Below, piece after piece: positions 63,467 to 64,000 of a stretch of 64,000 nt of DNA. Origin of the DNA: Comamonadaceae bacterium (GTDB lineage Bacteria; Pseudomonadota; Gammaproteobacteria; Burkholderiales; Burkholderiaceae_C); contig CANFOS010000011.1 of NCBI GenBank assembly GCA_947448735.1, positions 28,874-92,873 on the forward strand, given 5' to 3'. Numbering within the stretch: the stretch's first letter is position 1; the number at the start of each line of letters is the position of its first letter. The notes under the pieces were generated by a model. That model did no database searches. It had not been told where the DNA came from and was given only the letters and a program-made list of their open reading frames with translations. A program made the translations under genes and the position numbers.

Positions 63467-64000
63467 ATGAAAGCACTCGTCCTTGCCGCCTTCATCTTCG
63501 CCTTGCCGGCTGTTACCTTCGCGCAAGCGGCGGCCTTGGCCAATGCACCAGTCAAGGCTGACACTAAAAAGCCGGGGCAAAAGTCATCGTCTGAAGTCAG
63601 GCGTTCGGCCCTGAAAGCGGTTGAAGAAGTCACGCCGATCGATGAGGACCCCAAAATCAGCCTGACTGCCGAAGACCTAGAAATAGCCAAGCGTGTATTT
63701 GTAGGCACCATTGCCTGCGAATTGGGGAACTCGGTCACGCTGACACCCAGCACGCGTCGCCCCGGCTTTTTTGTGGTGCAAACCAAGGGTGCACGCTTTA
63801 GCATGCACCCGGTCGAAAGTCGTACCGGCGCGATTCGGCTGGAAGACCCTAAAAGAGGCGCATTGTGGCTTCAGTTGGGCAACAAATCCATGCTGATGAG
63901 CCAAAAGCTGGGTCAGCGACTGGCAGACGAATGCATGAGCCCCGAGCAAATGACCCTGGCCGACGAGCTTAAAAAGAACCCGCGCCCAGGCTTGCTTGAC
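63467..64000 (+). CDS. Conserved exported hypothetical protein, truncated by the window end
   Basis: Manual translation: MKALVLAAFIFALPAVTFAQ signal peptide...CELGNSV...MHPVESRTGAIRLED...WLQLGNKSMLM...ADEC; open to the window edge. Confidence 0.75.
   Translation, partial: MKALVLAAFIFALPAVTFAQAAALANAPVKADTKKPGQKSSSEVRRSALKAVEEVTPIDEDPKISLTAEDLEIAKRVFVGTIACELGNSVTLTPSTRRPGFFVVQTKGARFSMHPVESRTGAIRLEDPKRGALWLQLGNKSMLMSQKLGQRLADECMSPEQMTLADELKKNPRPGLLD

Overview
The window is core chromosome of a GC-rich betaproteobacterium, most like Comamonadaceae (Rhodoferax/Polaromonas-type gene order). It carries rne/rluC, maf, yceD-rpmF-plsX-fabH-fabD-fabG-acpP-fabF, rpoE-rseA-rseB-degP, lepA-lepB-rnc-era-recO-pdxJ-acpS-nagZ, lysS, accD-trp-truA-fimV-asd-leu, the sdh/gltA/mdh TCA cluster and a few accessory insertions. 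The most striking signal is a dispersed 43-bp fixed-geometry DNA element, consensus TGCTAY-N7-RKAGC-N20-GGNCT, found 16 times plus one degenerate copy. Spacing is exact and spacer sequence varies. Half the copies lie in frame inside protein-coding genes (rne, sppA, fabD, rseB, trpF, a LysR, a GntR, a CitE-like lyase). Other notable items: a second hairpin repeat that begins at stop codons, a Thr/Lys/Ile/Met-rich leader peptide before asd, a frameshifted accD, a DUF2256 + Fe-S (6-4) photolyase pair inserted in the GntR-sdh operon, a sialidase-like pair inside the fab operon, an ABC transporter with no ATPase, an atypical serC and a remnant of a sugar aminotransferase. All calls come from motif recognition and synteny; no database searches were run.
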